A DNA stretch of 64,000 bases from Takakia lepidozioides (taxonomy: Eukaryota; Plantae; Bryophyta), in contig CM060733.1 in the NCBI GenBank assembly GCA_030704615.1, positions 59,272,001 to 59,336,000 of the forward strand, read 5' to 3'. Numbering within the stretch: the first letter of the stretch is position 1; every line of letters begins with the position of its first letter. The notes under the pieces were generated by a model. It saw only the letters and a list, made by a program, of their open reading frames with translations, had not been told where the DNA came from and did not search any database. Shown piece after piece: positions 51,287 to 63,605 of the stretch. The translations under genes were made by a program, and so were the position numbers.

Positions 51287-53028
51287 GGAAGATATACATG
51301 TCATGTCAAGACATGGACAAGACCGCTAAGGTCATTGTCATTGAAAGACAAAACAGCCCTTTACAGGGCACCATCTAACATTCTCTTTCATGTTTACAAT
51401 CTCATTTGAATACCCAATTACATTTCAGGGTCTCTGAAAAAACAGGGCGGGAGGGTGGGATTCCAGGTCATTCATATCATGAAAGCACCATAGTACACAT
51501 CATTGTCTCAAGAATCCATTATAAACTCATTTCAAAAACCAGATTGCAGGTTTGGTTTGAAGATGATGTTTTAGAACCAAGATATAAGCAAGATTCTTAA
51601 AAAGGAAGAAGAAACATCAATGTAGAGCCCCTTTAAGCAGGTATAGGCCTAAAATGGTATTTTAAGGCCACATAAAGTAGTTCTGCCAAGGTGAAAGAGC
51701 AGCTCAGAAACCCCAGTTTGTTATCAAGCCATGAAACCAAAATGATATGAGGGCCTTGAAGAATGTGTGTTATCTATCAAAGCCTATCCTTTTGATCCAT
51801 CAGAGTCATACCAAGAGTTCTCATTTGCCAAGTATCAAGGCAGTCAGAGTAATAACTGTTTTTTTGTATCCTTGTATCCTTCATAGCTAAACTCCTACAC
51901 ATGCAAATGTGGTTATAAAAAACCATAAACAGGGGTAAGGAGAGAAGCAGATCCTCATTGGAGCAATCTTGGCGCAGGTCTGAAGTGGCATGGTGGTAGT
52001 TCGAAACATCAGATGGCATCAGCAGCTTAGGCAGCAGCAGTATCCACACTTGCAAGAACAGGAACTGCAAGCTTCAAGAAATCAAGACAAGTGAAGACCC
52101 TCACCTGTGCCCGTCCCAAAAACCACCACATAGCGATGTGTGTTAGTGAGGATGCAGCAGGTAAGTGGCAAGTCTTCACAGTTGCTATCCATGTCAGTGT
52201 TGAATTCTAAAGCAAGTACAGATCACAATTCAAGCAATGATAAACTCAAAAAAAACCTTGAGTGTTTGTGGTATGCATTGGGCCATGGCGTCCAACAGAT
52301 TGTCTCCAATAGAACGCAGTCAGAGTAGAAGCGTTCACAGCTAGAGAGTGGCTCATACACAAAGAGAGAGCAACAAGTAATCTGTAGATAAATAGGGATA
52401 GAGTACTTCCCAACAAGGAGTAAAAGCGCCGCTGCAAAATAAAGAACCATGAGTTCCTGATCAGAGCAATCACGGCTTTGTCGTCTGCCATAGAAGAATC
52501 TGTTTAACCACCACTGCGCATCCCAAGAGCCAGCAATCACGAGTACCATGTAGCAGCAGGGGAGCAGGTTTATACGGCGCATCATCAAAGTTCACTGAAG
52601 CACGAGTTCAGTGCTTGAAGTGTGTCGGCCTGCTTAGGGCAAAACTGCCCGATTTTTCATCCAGGATGGATGAAATATCACATTTTACCAAGATAGGCAT
52701 TTTGTCACTGGATGACATCCCATAGAGATGTATCTTTTAGGGTTATGGTATAGGTTTAGGTTTAATAACTACCATCATTTATGATGGTAGTTTTATTATT
52801 CTCTTGGATTTTATAATAGGTAACCATTATTTATGTAGATCATCCAGTTTAGATGAAAAAATAGATGGTAACTCTAGCTTTCTGTATATCAAGTTTCATC
52901 ATCCAATAATAAAATAAAATCATCCAGATTTGGATGAAAAAGGTAGGGATGAAAAACTAAATAACCTCAAAAGGATAAGGCCAGATGAAATCCAAAGATT
53001 TATAGAGGGAGAGGGAGAGAGGGAGAGA
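51287..53028. repeat. 1.74-kb direct repeat R1 (pseudo-LTR-like)
   Basis: Near-identical to 57268-59010 (offset 5981-5982); no TG...CA ends. Confidence 0.92.
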
Positions 53029-53316
53029 GAGGGACCCACCAGCCAAACCCCTGGCATGGCAGAACCTTACGGAGTAAGTGTGGTATGCACTCACCCCGTA
53101 AGGGAGTGCATACCAGACCTCTTCTCATAAGGTTTTCTCTCTTCCATGTAGTTCTATCCTCAGATAATATTTATCCAAAGGAGTAGAATCCTACATCCTC
53201 ACTTCCTCGGATCAAGAATGAAATGATGGCATAAAATGTATCATAGCAACACTAGTATAGTATCACTTAGAAAAGAATGTAGAGTTCAATGGTATAACTT
53301 AGCTCTGTATAGGTTT

Positions 53317-55795
53317 TTAGAAAGTACCTTTCAGTTTCTCAATAAGCTCTTGTACAGGGAAGAGCAGGCCAGGGAATGAACCACGTTCAAGGAATTTTGT
53401 CAAGATACGAGCAAGTTTTCTGGTCTTGAAACCATTCCTCCCAAGAGTGTTAATCAGAATGCTACACTCCTTCCCAGCCAAATCAGCATTGCTGGAAATG
53501 TATAGAATAGGCATAGCTTGTGAAATCACAATGTTGTAAGATTGATTCACAGGCCTATTGGATAAGAACTGGATATATTGAGTGTAAGAGAAAGGAAGAA
53601 GTCTTCTCTTGTCATATTTCTGGAAATGGAACTCACCTGTGTCACAGTTTGAGACTGTAATCTGAATATTCATGAAACAAGCTTCCAACCCCACGTATTG
53701 GGAATCGTTTTTAGTGCGTAGTAGCTCAGGTTGGATCTCCACTACATTGAGTGGGTAGATCCACCAAGGGTTGTTGCTGCTCTTGTCTGCCCGTGGGTCC
53801 AGGAATAGCATTGCATCACCCACATTTAGCCAGCATATATCATCAATGTATCTGAAGGCAGATTTAAACATCGGCATAAGCTGGAATTGTCCTAAAGCTG
53901 CAAGCCTTAAGATGAATTTGATTTCATAAGAAAGGAAGTACATGTTGCACCATAATGGTGAGCATGAAAAACCCATAGGTATTCCAGAAATCTGATGCCA
54001 CACACGGTCCCCTAAGGCAACAAAACAGTGTGACATAAGCCATTTGTGGAGCATAAGTAGTTTGCCTTCAGAAAGTTCAATCTAGGTACCTGATTTTGGG
54101 GAAGACGTGCCCCATCTACTTTTTCCGAAAGTATCGTTGTTGGCTGGAATCCATAGATTATGACGTGCTCGGGGGTGAGACCGATGGTGTTGCTGGAATG
54201 CAATCTTCACCACGTATTCAATGGCGTCCCCTAAGTTATCCTGTCCTGTCAAAGGTATGTTCTCATAGCATTGTGTAATGTCAGCAACAAAGATGTTATG
54301 GACTTTTTCAGGCAGGTTTAGTGTAAAGTCAGTGATGGAATCAATAATCCAATACATAGCAGTAGATACTTTGAAAAATTGCTCATAAAGTATCCAGCCT
54401 TGTCTTGGCCCATTCTTTTACCAGTGGTAGAAGATCCATGGTAGCCCTTGTAAGAAGGCTAGCAAGTTCACTGAAAACACATTTATGGGCATTGGTAATC
54501 CATCTGTATTTTTTCTTATGTAGCTTGTAGATTCCCATAATGTAAGGTAATCTACAGGATGGAGCAGGTATCTCCGGAATCAGACTCTGTATTTCCACGG
54601 AAATGTTTCCTAGAACAAGGTCAGGTGGCAGCCATACCTCAGCTTGCTTGCATGGTGTAAAGTCTTTACCCATCAGTCTGTGGAAGGCTTGAGTTCTTAT
54701 GTGCTTCACACACATAAAACATACGTTGTTGTTAGCCTTGTCAAGACCAGAAAAATACAGGTGATTGAGAAGCCATGAAAGTTCATCTTTTGCCTCTTTT
54801 ACAGTAAGAGGATTGCGCTCATGGTGAGTGAAGTCGTATCTTCCTCTGCCAGCTTTTTGTTTCAATCTATCCCAGCATGTGTTTTTTACCCATTGGCTGC
54901 AGGATGCTGCCCAAGATTCACATGGGTCTATATATAAAATTTCACAGGTTCTATGGAAAGCCAAAGACACTTGTTCAACAACGTCTTTCAGCAAAGTACG
55001 TTTGAGAGGGATGTGATTCATACCTAGGCTGAATAGTTCTTTCAGCCTTGCGTGTCTAATAATATTTAGGTCCATGGTACGTACGTGTTGCGTAGGTGTA
55101 GAACCAGATAGATGGAATTCTGTTTTTGTATCCGCATCCCGAAAATCATGAAACCTCTTGGCACTGTCACATAGACAATCTGGTGAATGAATCAGGTCTT
55201 GCATAAAGCAAAAATCACGAAAAACAGCGGCAGGCTGATAGTATTCAGAGCTGCTTTGTTTATGATATGTCCATCCAAAGATTATCTCATCGATGAGAAT
55301 AGCAAAGTCATTTTGTCCAAATTCCAAAAAAGCTTCTTTTATCAAGTTCCTAGGGTTTATCCACTCCATACCACGGTTTGGGTACAACATATGAATGAAT
55401 CCCAAGGGAGCAGGTTTTGCTACCTTTTTTATGAATTTCCTGCCATGGGCATGAGTTTCAATTTGTCTACAACCATCCTCAAGATCAAACAACGCATCTG
55501 CACATGCAAAGTAGAGGAACATACCAAAAATGAGATTTTTAAAGATCTGTCCATGATCCAAAATCTTGTTTGCGTATTGGGGAGAACTCGTCAGTGATAC
55601 GACGAGTCTTGTATGACTCCTGGCTGGCGATATTGATGGTGGTACTGGAATTAGCACCCGAACCCCCAAGTGATGACCGATTCGTTGCTCTTGAATTCTC
55701 AGAGGTGTTGGTAGAGTATTGCCCCCTGCCAGAGCGTCCTCCTCTTTGGTAGAGACCTCTTCCACGACCAGGGGTACCTCTGCCTCGAGTGGCAT
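53317..55795 (-). pseudogene. Penelope-like reverse transcriptase (1-bp frameshift near 54388, stop at 54082-54084)
   Basis: CLC...HVRTMDLNII..LKELFSLG, DKANNNVCF, YKLHK..RWI, ADITQCYENIP, QISGIPMGFSCSP, FRYIDDI, YDKR, SNRP..SYNIVISQ. Confidence 0.85.
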
Positions 55796-57065
55796 TGTTC
55801 TTGCCTTGTTGAGGAGGCATCTGCCCCTCCATACGCTGCCGTTTGTAGCTGTTGAATTGTGGCCTGGGAAGGCTGTCTGAAAAAGACCCAGGTTTCACAA
55901 GTTTCTCAATGTATCTGGCCCCCTTGGATTCTCCTAACTTCCCAAGCAACTTGGCTTGGGGGTCAATTGAGAATTCACAAGCTGCTTCCATTATGAAGCC
56001 CCGGGTCATCTGGAAGGTAATTTGTGCAAGAACGGCAGATCTGGCAGCCCGCATGATCCATACTAGAAAGTTGTAGTACTTGGTTTGCACCGAAGGATAG
56101 GCATCATCAGGGAAGAACACAATCAGATTGTTCAGCATATACCATACCATATGGTCAAACCAAGCAACACTCCCAATGCAAGAAGAGGGTGCCCCTCCTT
56201 GTCCACAGTTACATCTTATGTAGGGACGATGCCAGTTGAAGAGTTGACTCTTGTGATTTTTGGATCTTGCCGAACCAGTCGGCAAGTCATTTTTGGTCCT
56301 CAGGGTAAGGTTCTCACCTTTGTCACAGAGCTTGTAGTAGAAGGTCCTTAGTGGCCATGCCACAGCAATAGGTTCCTTTTTTATTCTCTGAAAACCATCC
56401 TGTGCACACCTACTGCGTTCAGCAGGGGTTATGTTGCCCCATTTGACCCACATTTCAATAGAAATGGGTGCCAATAAATTGATATTAGCATGTGGGTGCC
56501 ACATCATGTGATCGTTATTGGCAACCTCTAATTCAACTGCACGGGGAGGCAACCAAGGGACAAATTGCAGATTTCCAGGAGTGGCACCTGCTGCCCTTTC
56601 TTGTTCCACTTGTGAGATTTCTACTTGTTCACAGAATTCTCTTACTGCCTCTTTTTCTTCATCGGGTAAAATCATGTGCCCAAGGATTGGGTGATTACTT
56701 ACAGAAGGGATGAAGTCTTTTTCAGATGTGTTTGTAGATTTCTGCGTGGAGACAGTCTGGTCATCTTCTGGGTTCGCCATTCTAAGAGCTGCCTCAATGG
56801 CTGATCCATTCTTTTCCCATTGTATCAGCTCCTCGGCATCATCTTCCAGTACCTCAATCATTTTAGTATTGAATTCCTGGAGCTTCTCCAGGTACCTGCC
56901 ATTCTTATTTGCCATGATGCCAAGTGCAATCCAATTTTCCAGAGCCAAAGTTTCAAGTAATAGCACGGGGTTTTCATCACCTGAATTTTCCACGGCCTCA
57001 GTATCCATCTTTTGCAGTGTAGCATGGAAGTCACTTGGTGTGACTTGTGCGAGGGTTGCCTGCAC
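55539..57065 (-). CDS. ORF1 of the Penelope-like element (helical N-terminus, Cys cluster, RGG-rich C-terminus)
   Basis: Open 508-aa frame overlapping the RT frame by 257 nt; RGRGTPGRGRG..RGGRSGRG tail. Confidence 0.6.
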   Translation of the reverse strand: MQATLAQVTPSDFHATLQKMDTEAVENSGDENPVLLLETLALENWIALGIMANKNGRYLEKLQEFNTKMIEVLEDDAEELIQWEKNGSAIEAALRMANPEDDQTVSTQKSTNTSEKDFIPSVSNHPILGHMILPDEEKEAVREFCEQVEISQVEQERAAGATPGNLQFVPWLPPRAVELEVANNDHMMWHPHANINLLAPISIEMWVKWGNITPAERSRCAQDGFQRIKKEPIAVAWPLRTFYYKLCDKGENLTLRTKNDLPTGSARSKNHKSQLFNWHRPYIRCNCGQGGAPSSCIGSVAWFDHMVWYMLNNLIVFFPDDAYPSVQTKYYNFLVWIMRAARSAVLAQITFQMTRGFIMEAACEFSIDPQAKLLGKLGESKGARYIEKLVKPGSFSDSLPRPQFNSYKRQRMEGQMPPQQGKNNATRGRGTPGRGRGLYQRGGRSGRGQYSTNTSENSRATNRSSLGGSGANSSTTINIASQESYKTRRITDEFSPIRKQDFGSWTDL

Positions 57066-57267
57066 AGCAGGAATTGGAGGAGGTAGTGGGGACTGATACC
57101 CCAGGGCTATGAGGTCCTCATTCCAGCTAGGACCTCCTTTGGTGACTTTCTGTCAAAGCCCCCCGAGAACATTTGTTAATATAACAAAATGAGAAGGTGA
57201 CAAGGAGAAAGGTAAGGGTAGATGGTGTGTACAAAAACCACTAAGTACACTGATCAAATAAAGAGAC

Positions 57268-59010
57268 GGAAGATATACATGTCATGTCAAGACATGGACA
57301 AGACCGCTAAGGTCATTGTCATTGAAAGACAAAACAGCCCTTTACAGGGCACCATCTAACATTCTCTTTCATGTTTACAATCTCATTTGAATACCCAATT
57401 ACATTTCAGGGTCTCTGAAAAAACAGGGCGAGAGGGTGGGATTCCAGGTCATTCATATCATGAAAGCACCATAGTACACATCATTGTCTCAAGAATCCAT
57501 TATAAACTCATTTCAAAAACCAGATTGCAGGTTTGGTTTGAAGATGATGTTTTAGAACCAAGATATAAGCGAGATTCTTAAAAAGGAAGAAGAAACATCA
57601 GTGTAGAGCCCCTTTAAGCAGGTATAGGCCTAAAATGGTATTTTAAGGCCACATAAAGTAGTTCTGCCAAGGTGAAAGAGCAGCTCAGAAACCCCAGTTT
57701 GTTATCAAGCCATGAAACCAAAATGATATGAGGGCCTTGAAGAATGTGTGTTATCTATCAAAGCCTATCCTTTTGATCCATCAGAGTCATACCAAGAGTT
57801 CTCATTTGCCAAGTATCAAGGCAGTCAGAGTAATAACTGTTTTTTTGTATCCTTGTATCCTTCATAGCTAAACTCCTACACATGCAAATGTGGTTGTAAA
57901 AAACCATAAACAGGGGTAAGGAGAGAAGCAGATCCTCATTGGAGCAATCTTGGCGCAGGTCTGAAGTGGCATGGTGGTAGTTCGAAACATCAGATGGCAT
58001 CAGCAGCTTAGGCAGCAGCAGTATCCACACTTGCAAGAACAGGAACTGCAAGCTTCAAGAAATCAAGACAAGTGAAGACCCTCACCTGTGCCCGTCCCAA
58101 AAACCACCACATAGCGATGTGTGTTAGTGAGGATGCAGCAGGTAAGTGGCAAGTCTTCACAGTTGCTATCCATGTCAGTGTTGAATTCTAAAGCAAGTAC
58201 AGATCAAAATTCAAGCAATGATAAACTCAAAAAAAACCTTGAGTGTTTGTGGTATGCCTTGGGCCATGGCGTCCAACAGATTGTCTCCAATAAAACGCAG
58301 TCAGAGTAGAAGCGTTCACAGCTAGAGAGTGGCTCATACACAAAGAGAGAGCAACAAGTAATCTGTAGATAAATAGGGATAGAGTACTTCCCAACAAGGA
58401 GTAAAAGCGCCGCTGCAAAATAAAGAACCATGAGTTCCTGATCAGAGCAATCACGGCTTTGTCGTCTGCCATAGAAGAATCTGTTTAACCACCACTGCGC
58501 ATCCCAAGAGCCAGCAATCACGAGTACCATGTAGCAGCAGGGGAGCAGGTTTATACGGCGCATCATCAAAGTTCACTGAAGCACGAGTTCAGTGCTTGAA
58601 GTGTGTCGGCCTGCTTAGGGCAAAACTGCCCGATTTTTCATCCAGGATGGATGAAATATCACATTTTACCAAGATAGGCATTTTGTCACTGGATGACATC
58701 CCATAGAGATGTATCTTTTAGGGTTATGGTATAGGTTTAGGTTTAATAACTACCATCATTTATGATGGTAGTTTTATTATTCTCTTGGATTTTATAATAG
58801 GTAACCATTATTTATGTAGATCATCCAGTTTAGATGAAAAAATAGATGGTAACTCTAGCTTTCTGTATATCAAGTTTCATCATCCAATAATAAAATAAAA
58901 TCATCCAGATTTGGATGAAAAAAGGTAGGGATGAAAAACTAAATAACCTCAAAAGGATAAGGCCAGATGAAATCCAAAGATTTATAGAGGGAGAGGGAGA
59001 GAGGGAGAGA
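57268..59010. repeat. 1.74-kb direct repeat R2
   Basis: Near-identical to R1. Confidence 0.92.
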
Positions 59011-59013
59011 TCA

Positions 59014-59116
59014 GGAAACAAAAAAAGAAAATGGGGGGGGGGGGGGAGTGACTGAGCCCGTGGTGCTCAGTCACTCCCCCCCCCCCCACCTTTTTCTTTT
59101 CTCTTTGTTGCCCCCT
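59014..59116. repeat. Hairpin module 2
   Basis: G(n)GAGTGACTGAGC-CCGTGGT-GCTCAGTCACTC C(n)..CTTTGTTGCCCCCT. Confidence 0.8.
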
Positions 59117-60103
59117 CTTGAGACCCCGAGCACTTGCTGCTCTCAGCCCCCGACATGCTTGGTTTTTTTTTGTTTTTGATCTGGAATGTAGAGGTTGTTT
59201 CCTAATGAGGCCAACTTGTGGGTTTGCATGACAAGTGCCAGCTTATGGGGAAAGAGAAGAAGTCCCCTGCCCCAAAGAAAGGGGCGGACAATCCGTTTGC
59301 TCTGCCGACACGTGTGACACACCGGTGTTTCACGGTTAACCAGCCCCGTCGACAGCCGCAACCAGAGGGTTCGTCTATCCCCCGAGGCCAGTACCCCCCC
59401 TCTTGTCCACATCTTGGATGCGCCAGGGGCCGGCTCAGCCAGCTCTCCTATTCGGGAGGTTGTTGCTGAGCCGGATGCTCAGTTGAGCACATCCCCGGCC
59501 ACCAAGACGGGTGAAATGTTGTCGCACACCTCACTTCGGTAAGCTCCCCTTCAAGTCATAGTTACTCGCTTTGATGCGCGCGCCTAACTCCCAACCTGGC
59601 CGTCGGGCCAACTTGGAGCTTCGGCTGCTCACCGGGACATAACGGTCCCCCTTTCTTCCCCCAATAGACCCTCCACCAATTTGGGACTAGTGGAAATTCC
59701 CTTCGGTGGATGGCAGTCTGGAATAGCTCCCCACTCCTTGGTCGCTTTCCGGCTCGCTCGCTTACTCACTAGTTTTTTGTCACCAACGGGCTTGCACCGT
59801 TCTTGGGGTTACTACTCCCTATATATAAATCTGTGACTGTCCGCGGGGGTTTCACAAACAACCATGCCATTTTATGGCGAACCACCACGAAGGCCCTCGA
59901 TTCCCGGTGATGAGTCACGGTGAGTCTTGGCCCACCCACCACGGCCCCATTGAACCGTGGTGAGTCCCAAGACTCCCACGACTCCCACCACAAGGTCTCC
60001 GCCCCATCGTGAGTCCTATGCCACCCCCACTAAGTCCCACTAAGCTACCACCACCCCTTGTGGAGCCACCCCCACCGCAACCCGGTGTGCGGGGCTCCAC
60101 CTA

Positions 60104-62208
60104 GTGAGTGCCTCCGCCTCCTTGAGTGCCTTGGGCACTCAAGGTTGCTTCACCCCCCCGTACCTATTGCTGCCACCGCCCGCACCACAGGGGCAGCCCC
60201 TCTGCGTCCCGACCCCCTGCCCTCAAGGCACATGGCCGCGACAAATGTACCTTGGCAAGCACATCACCCGTTTAGGTGCCCGGTATGGGCAACTTTTGGA
60301 TGTCACCCCCATAGCGACCCCTTCCTCCGCAGCAAAGGCTGCACTTGACAAGGCCCAACATCAGGTTCAAGGGCCTTTGAAAGCCTCCATTGCCAGCCCA
60401 TTGTTGTCAATGAGGGAGGAGGAGACAAGGAGGGCCAATGAAGTGGCCAAGATAGCGAAGCGCCTCGAAGAAGTCAAGCCGGGTGATGACTTCTACCCTG
60501 ATACGCATTTGGGGGGGGGGGGGGAGAGGAGGAGGTATGGGCCGGTTCGGAGCAGCCTAGTCGATCAGCAACACCGCCCCCTGAGCCTGAGCGGTCAGCA
60601 AAGAAGGGCCTGGACTACGGGGCGCCGCCGCCGGCTATGCTCCACATCTGGAATCTACTTCCAATGGCGCTCCGGAAGGGGATAGAGCGGGCACATCCGG
60701 CAACGGGGACTCCTGCCACATCGGGTGACACCGGGGGCGAGTCGGACAAGCTTGCAAAGGTACAACTGTCGCACCTTGTTCCATGATTTATCCTTTCTTT
60801 TGCATGCATGATTTTCTTTGTTGTTTGTTTTTTTTTTTTGAATTTGGAGGGGTTATTTGTTTTTAGGAGGCATCAACATGGCTGGCCTCATTGGTGCAGT
60901 CCAGTGGGGTTGCCAATGAGGGAGAGCACGTGGTGTTCATGAAAAAGACCGGAACACCAAAGGTAAGAAGAAGAGGCCTCGATCTCCCGAGATCCCTTTT
61001 ACCATCAATGAAGGGGCTGCCGAGGAGAGAGAGAGAAGGGAGATGGAGAAGGAGAGAGAGGAAGTAGCGGGGAAGGGGAAGGAAAAGAAGAAGAAGAAGA
61101 AGAAGTCCTATGGAGAGGGAAGGGGTGAGTGTGCATGCGGGGGAGAGCAGTGGGATAACAAAGGAGCAGGGGAAGGAGGCTACAAAGAAGGGAGAGGGTG
61201 GGAAGAAGAACATGCCCTTGGTGATACAGGACGTGGAGTTGGCAAAGATCGTGGTGCCACCGGTGGAGGTGAATCGCCATGGTGACCCCTGCGGTGTGTT
61301 CTGGGAGGCTATGAAGAAGCCAACCTTTGAACTCGCATTGAGGTGGTTCCCTTTGCACATCGAGTGGGCTGATCAGCACTTTGGCGCGAAGCGGGCGTAT
61401 GCCGGTGAGTTAGACCGCCGGTTTCCGGGCAATTGGAGTGACACAAGGGTGATGGAGATGGTGGGGCGAAACTTGAAGGACAGGAGGTACCGTGCCAGAC
61501 AGATCATTCGGAAGGCAATGGAAAAGGGGGCCATACCCAAACCACCTTATGGAATTACACAGGTTGGCAAATCCTGAATCATGTCACCTTCCATTTGTCG
61601 CATGTGCATTAATGAGGTGGATTCGATGCAACGTATGTGTGTAATTCATTAATTGTGGGGGGGGGGGGGGGGGGGTGGGTGCATATGTATCGTGGGATGC
61701 ACTCATTGCGGGCGAGACTGATGCCGCAAACAAGGCCAAATTTGACCGGGCACGCGAAGCAACAACAGTCCGCCTTGACAAGCACGAATCCACACACAAG
61801 TGGGGCGCCGGCGGATCCAAGGGTTTTATCTTGCGATTTGTAAGTCGTACTTCCCTATGGATTTTGTTATGTCTTCTTTCTGGCTCCATCATTGCGAAGA
61901 ATTGACTTTAATTTGTGGCATGTGTAGCAACCCACGTTTGAGAGGAAGCCATCTCCGGTAGAATACAACTACGCCAAGGAGCATGGTTGGCAATCCCTCG
62001 TGAAGAACATGGCCAACACGGAGGGGATGAGTGCACTACAAGGCACTAGTATGGATGAGGTCGGGGGTCATGCCAGGGATTGGATGAGAGCTCTGTGGGA
62101 CTTAGGGGAATGCTGCCTCATTTAGGTGCTCTGACAAAGGGCGCGGAGTCATCAGGCTCATCGGATAGCTTTGAGTCCTCCTCTGAGGATGAGGATGAGG
62201 ATGACTAG
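60104..62208 (+). pseudogene. Putative CACTA TnpA-like spliced gene
   Basis: Lies near the right TIR. Exon-like ORFs 60104..60685, 61110..61577 and 61675..61905 (HESTHKWGAGGSKGF), acidic tail ending ~62208, GT-AG introns. Confidence 0.45.
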
Positions 62209-62674
62209 TCCTAGTCCATGTAGGTCCCAGGATCAGCCTACTGAACCCTTGTGAGCTTTTCAGCTCATTTCCTGTAAATATATTTCCATCTTTCCATCTT
62301 CCATCTTATTCATGTGTCGCACCGTCCTCACCCTCGATTCATGCTTGCTCAATTGTGTACCTGCTAAATCAGAGAAATGGAACTGTAAGGTCTTCCATCC
62401 CCAAAAACAAAACCAGGCAAAAAACAAAAAACCACCCCTAATTCACCCCAAAATCAACCCCCAACCCCCCCCCACCAGGCTGCCCTCGCGACTGCAGAAC
62501 GTCGCCAATGGCGACGTGTTTTTGGGCGGGGGTTGCACGCCGCGACGGTCGGGCGTCGCCAATCCCATTTGCGGGCGGCAACCTCTGACACCCCCTACGA
62601 CGTGTTTTTTTGGTGCGGGGGTCGCAAGCCGCGACGCCCTGGCGTCGCGTAGCCCGCCACCCTGCCCGCGCCAC

Positions 62675-62715
<41 letters not shown>

Positions 62716-63227
62716 TAAAAATAAATTTAAAAAAAAAACAACGCTTGAGCGTCTACAAAACCCACGCCCGGGCATGGTAGAGCCCGACTCCTGTTCCTGC
62801 TGTTTTTTTTTGCCACGCCCAATAGTCGCTTGTAGCGACGCACTGACGTTGCTTGGCGTACCACCTGGCTTACGCCACGTGTTTTTGGGTTTTATGATGG
62901 GACTCCCGGGCAGGTTAGAAAAAAAAGGGTGCGACGCCGCGCCGGCGCCCCCACCAATGCCGTCGGCTGGAGGTCCGCGACGGCGAGACGTCGCTCGACG
63001 GAGGCCCCTGCCATCGGCGCGGACGGCCTGAAAAGCGACGTCCGACAGTCGTGGGAGTTGGGGCGGGTGCTCGCGACCCCCATACGACGCATTTTTGCGA
63101 CGCCCATGCGACTGCCGGGTGACGGCCGGGCATCGCAAATTCTGCGCCTGCCCCCTGCCCGAAAAGGGCGTTTTCCCGACGCTGCGGCGTGGTTCGGTCG
63201 TCGCAAAGGCCCCCTTTTCCTGTAGTG

Positions 63228-63605
63228 TGATAACTATTAAAATATTAGTTTATAAAATATGTATTCAATTTTGTATAAAACGAGAGGTGAAACGAAATCC
63301 CATATGTGAAACCAAATCTGCAATTCAATTGAATTACATAGACTTGTTTCTTTTCGTAGTTTTGGTGTCTTGAATCGTTTTGAAGCAATCGATCGTCTCT
63401 CTTGCCATCACACATGTGGTTGTTCACCAACTGAGTCACACATGTCATGGTACATATCCAATATCTGATGTTATGGAATAGTCAGCTCACAATTCAGTTG
63501 AATTGACGATGGTTTAGTTGAACTACAAAACTCAGTTCGCCATTCAATTGAACTGTAATGTATAATAATTAAAGTATTAGTTTATAAAATGTGTATTCAA
63601 TTTTG
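63228..63605 (+). repeat. Tandem ~330-bp flank repeat, also at ~38125-38349
   Basis: TTGAATCGTTTTGAAGCAATCGATCGTCTCTC...AACTGTAATGT is shared by both CACTA flanks. Confidence 0.85.

Larger units (their letters stand above)
50851..59010 (-). mobile_element. Penelope-like retroelement (Naiad/Chlamys-like RT) with 1.74-kb direct repeats, inserted in (GA)n
   Basis: PLE-type RT, direct repeats 51287-53028 and 57268-59010, and GA tracts at both outer ends and at ~53005-53033. Confidence 0.75.
38350..63227. mobile_element. CACTA/En-Spm transposon, ~24.9 kb including nested insertions
   Basis: CACTACAG at 38350 and CTGTAGTG ending at 63227. Dense GCGACG/CGTCGC subterminal repeats at both ends. Flanks TGT/TGA. 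The joined flanks match an uninterrupted paralogous repeat at ~63545-63600. Confidence 0.88.

Noticed and set aside
53110-53170. Hammerhead ribozyme (minus-strand CTGAGGA...GAAA)
   Set aside because: Stems I and II do not pair, and the GAAA/UH register is off by one.
51287-59010. LTR retrotransposon with 1.74-kb LTRs
   Set aside because: No TG...CA ends, protease, RNase H or integrase; the RT is Penelope-type.
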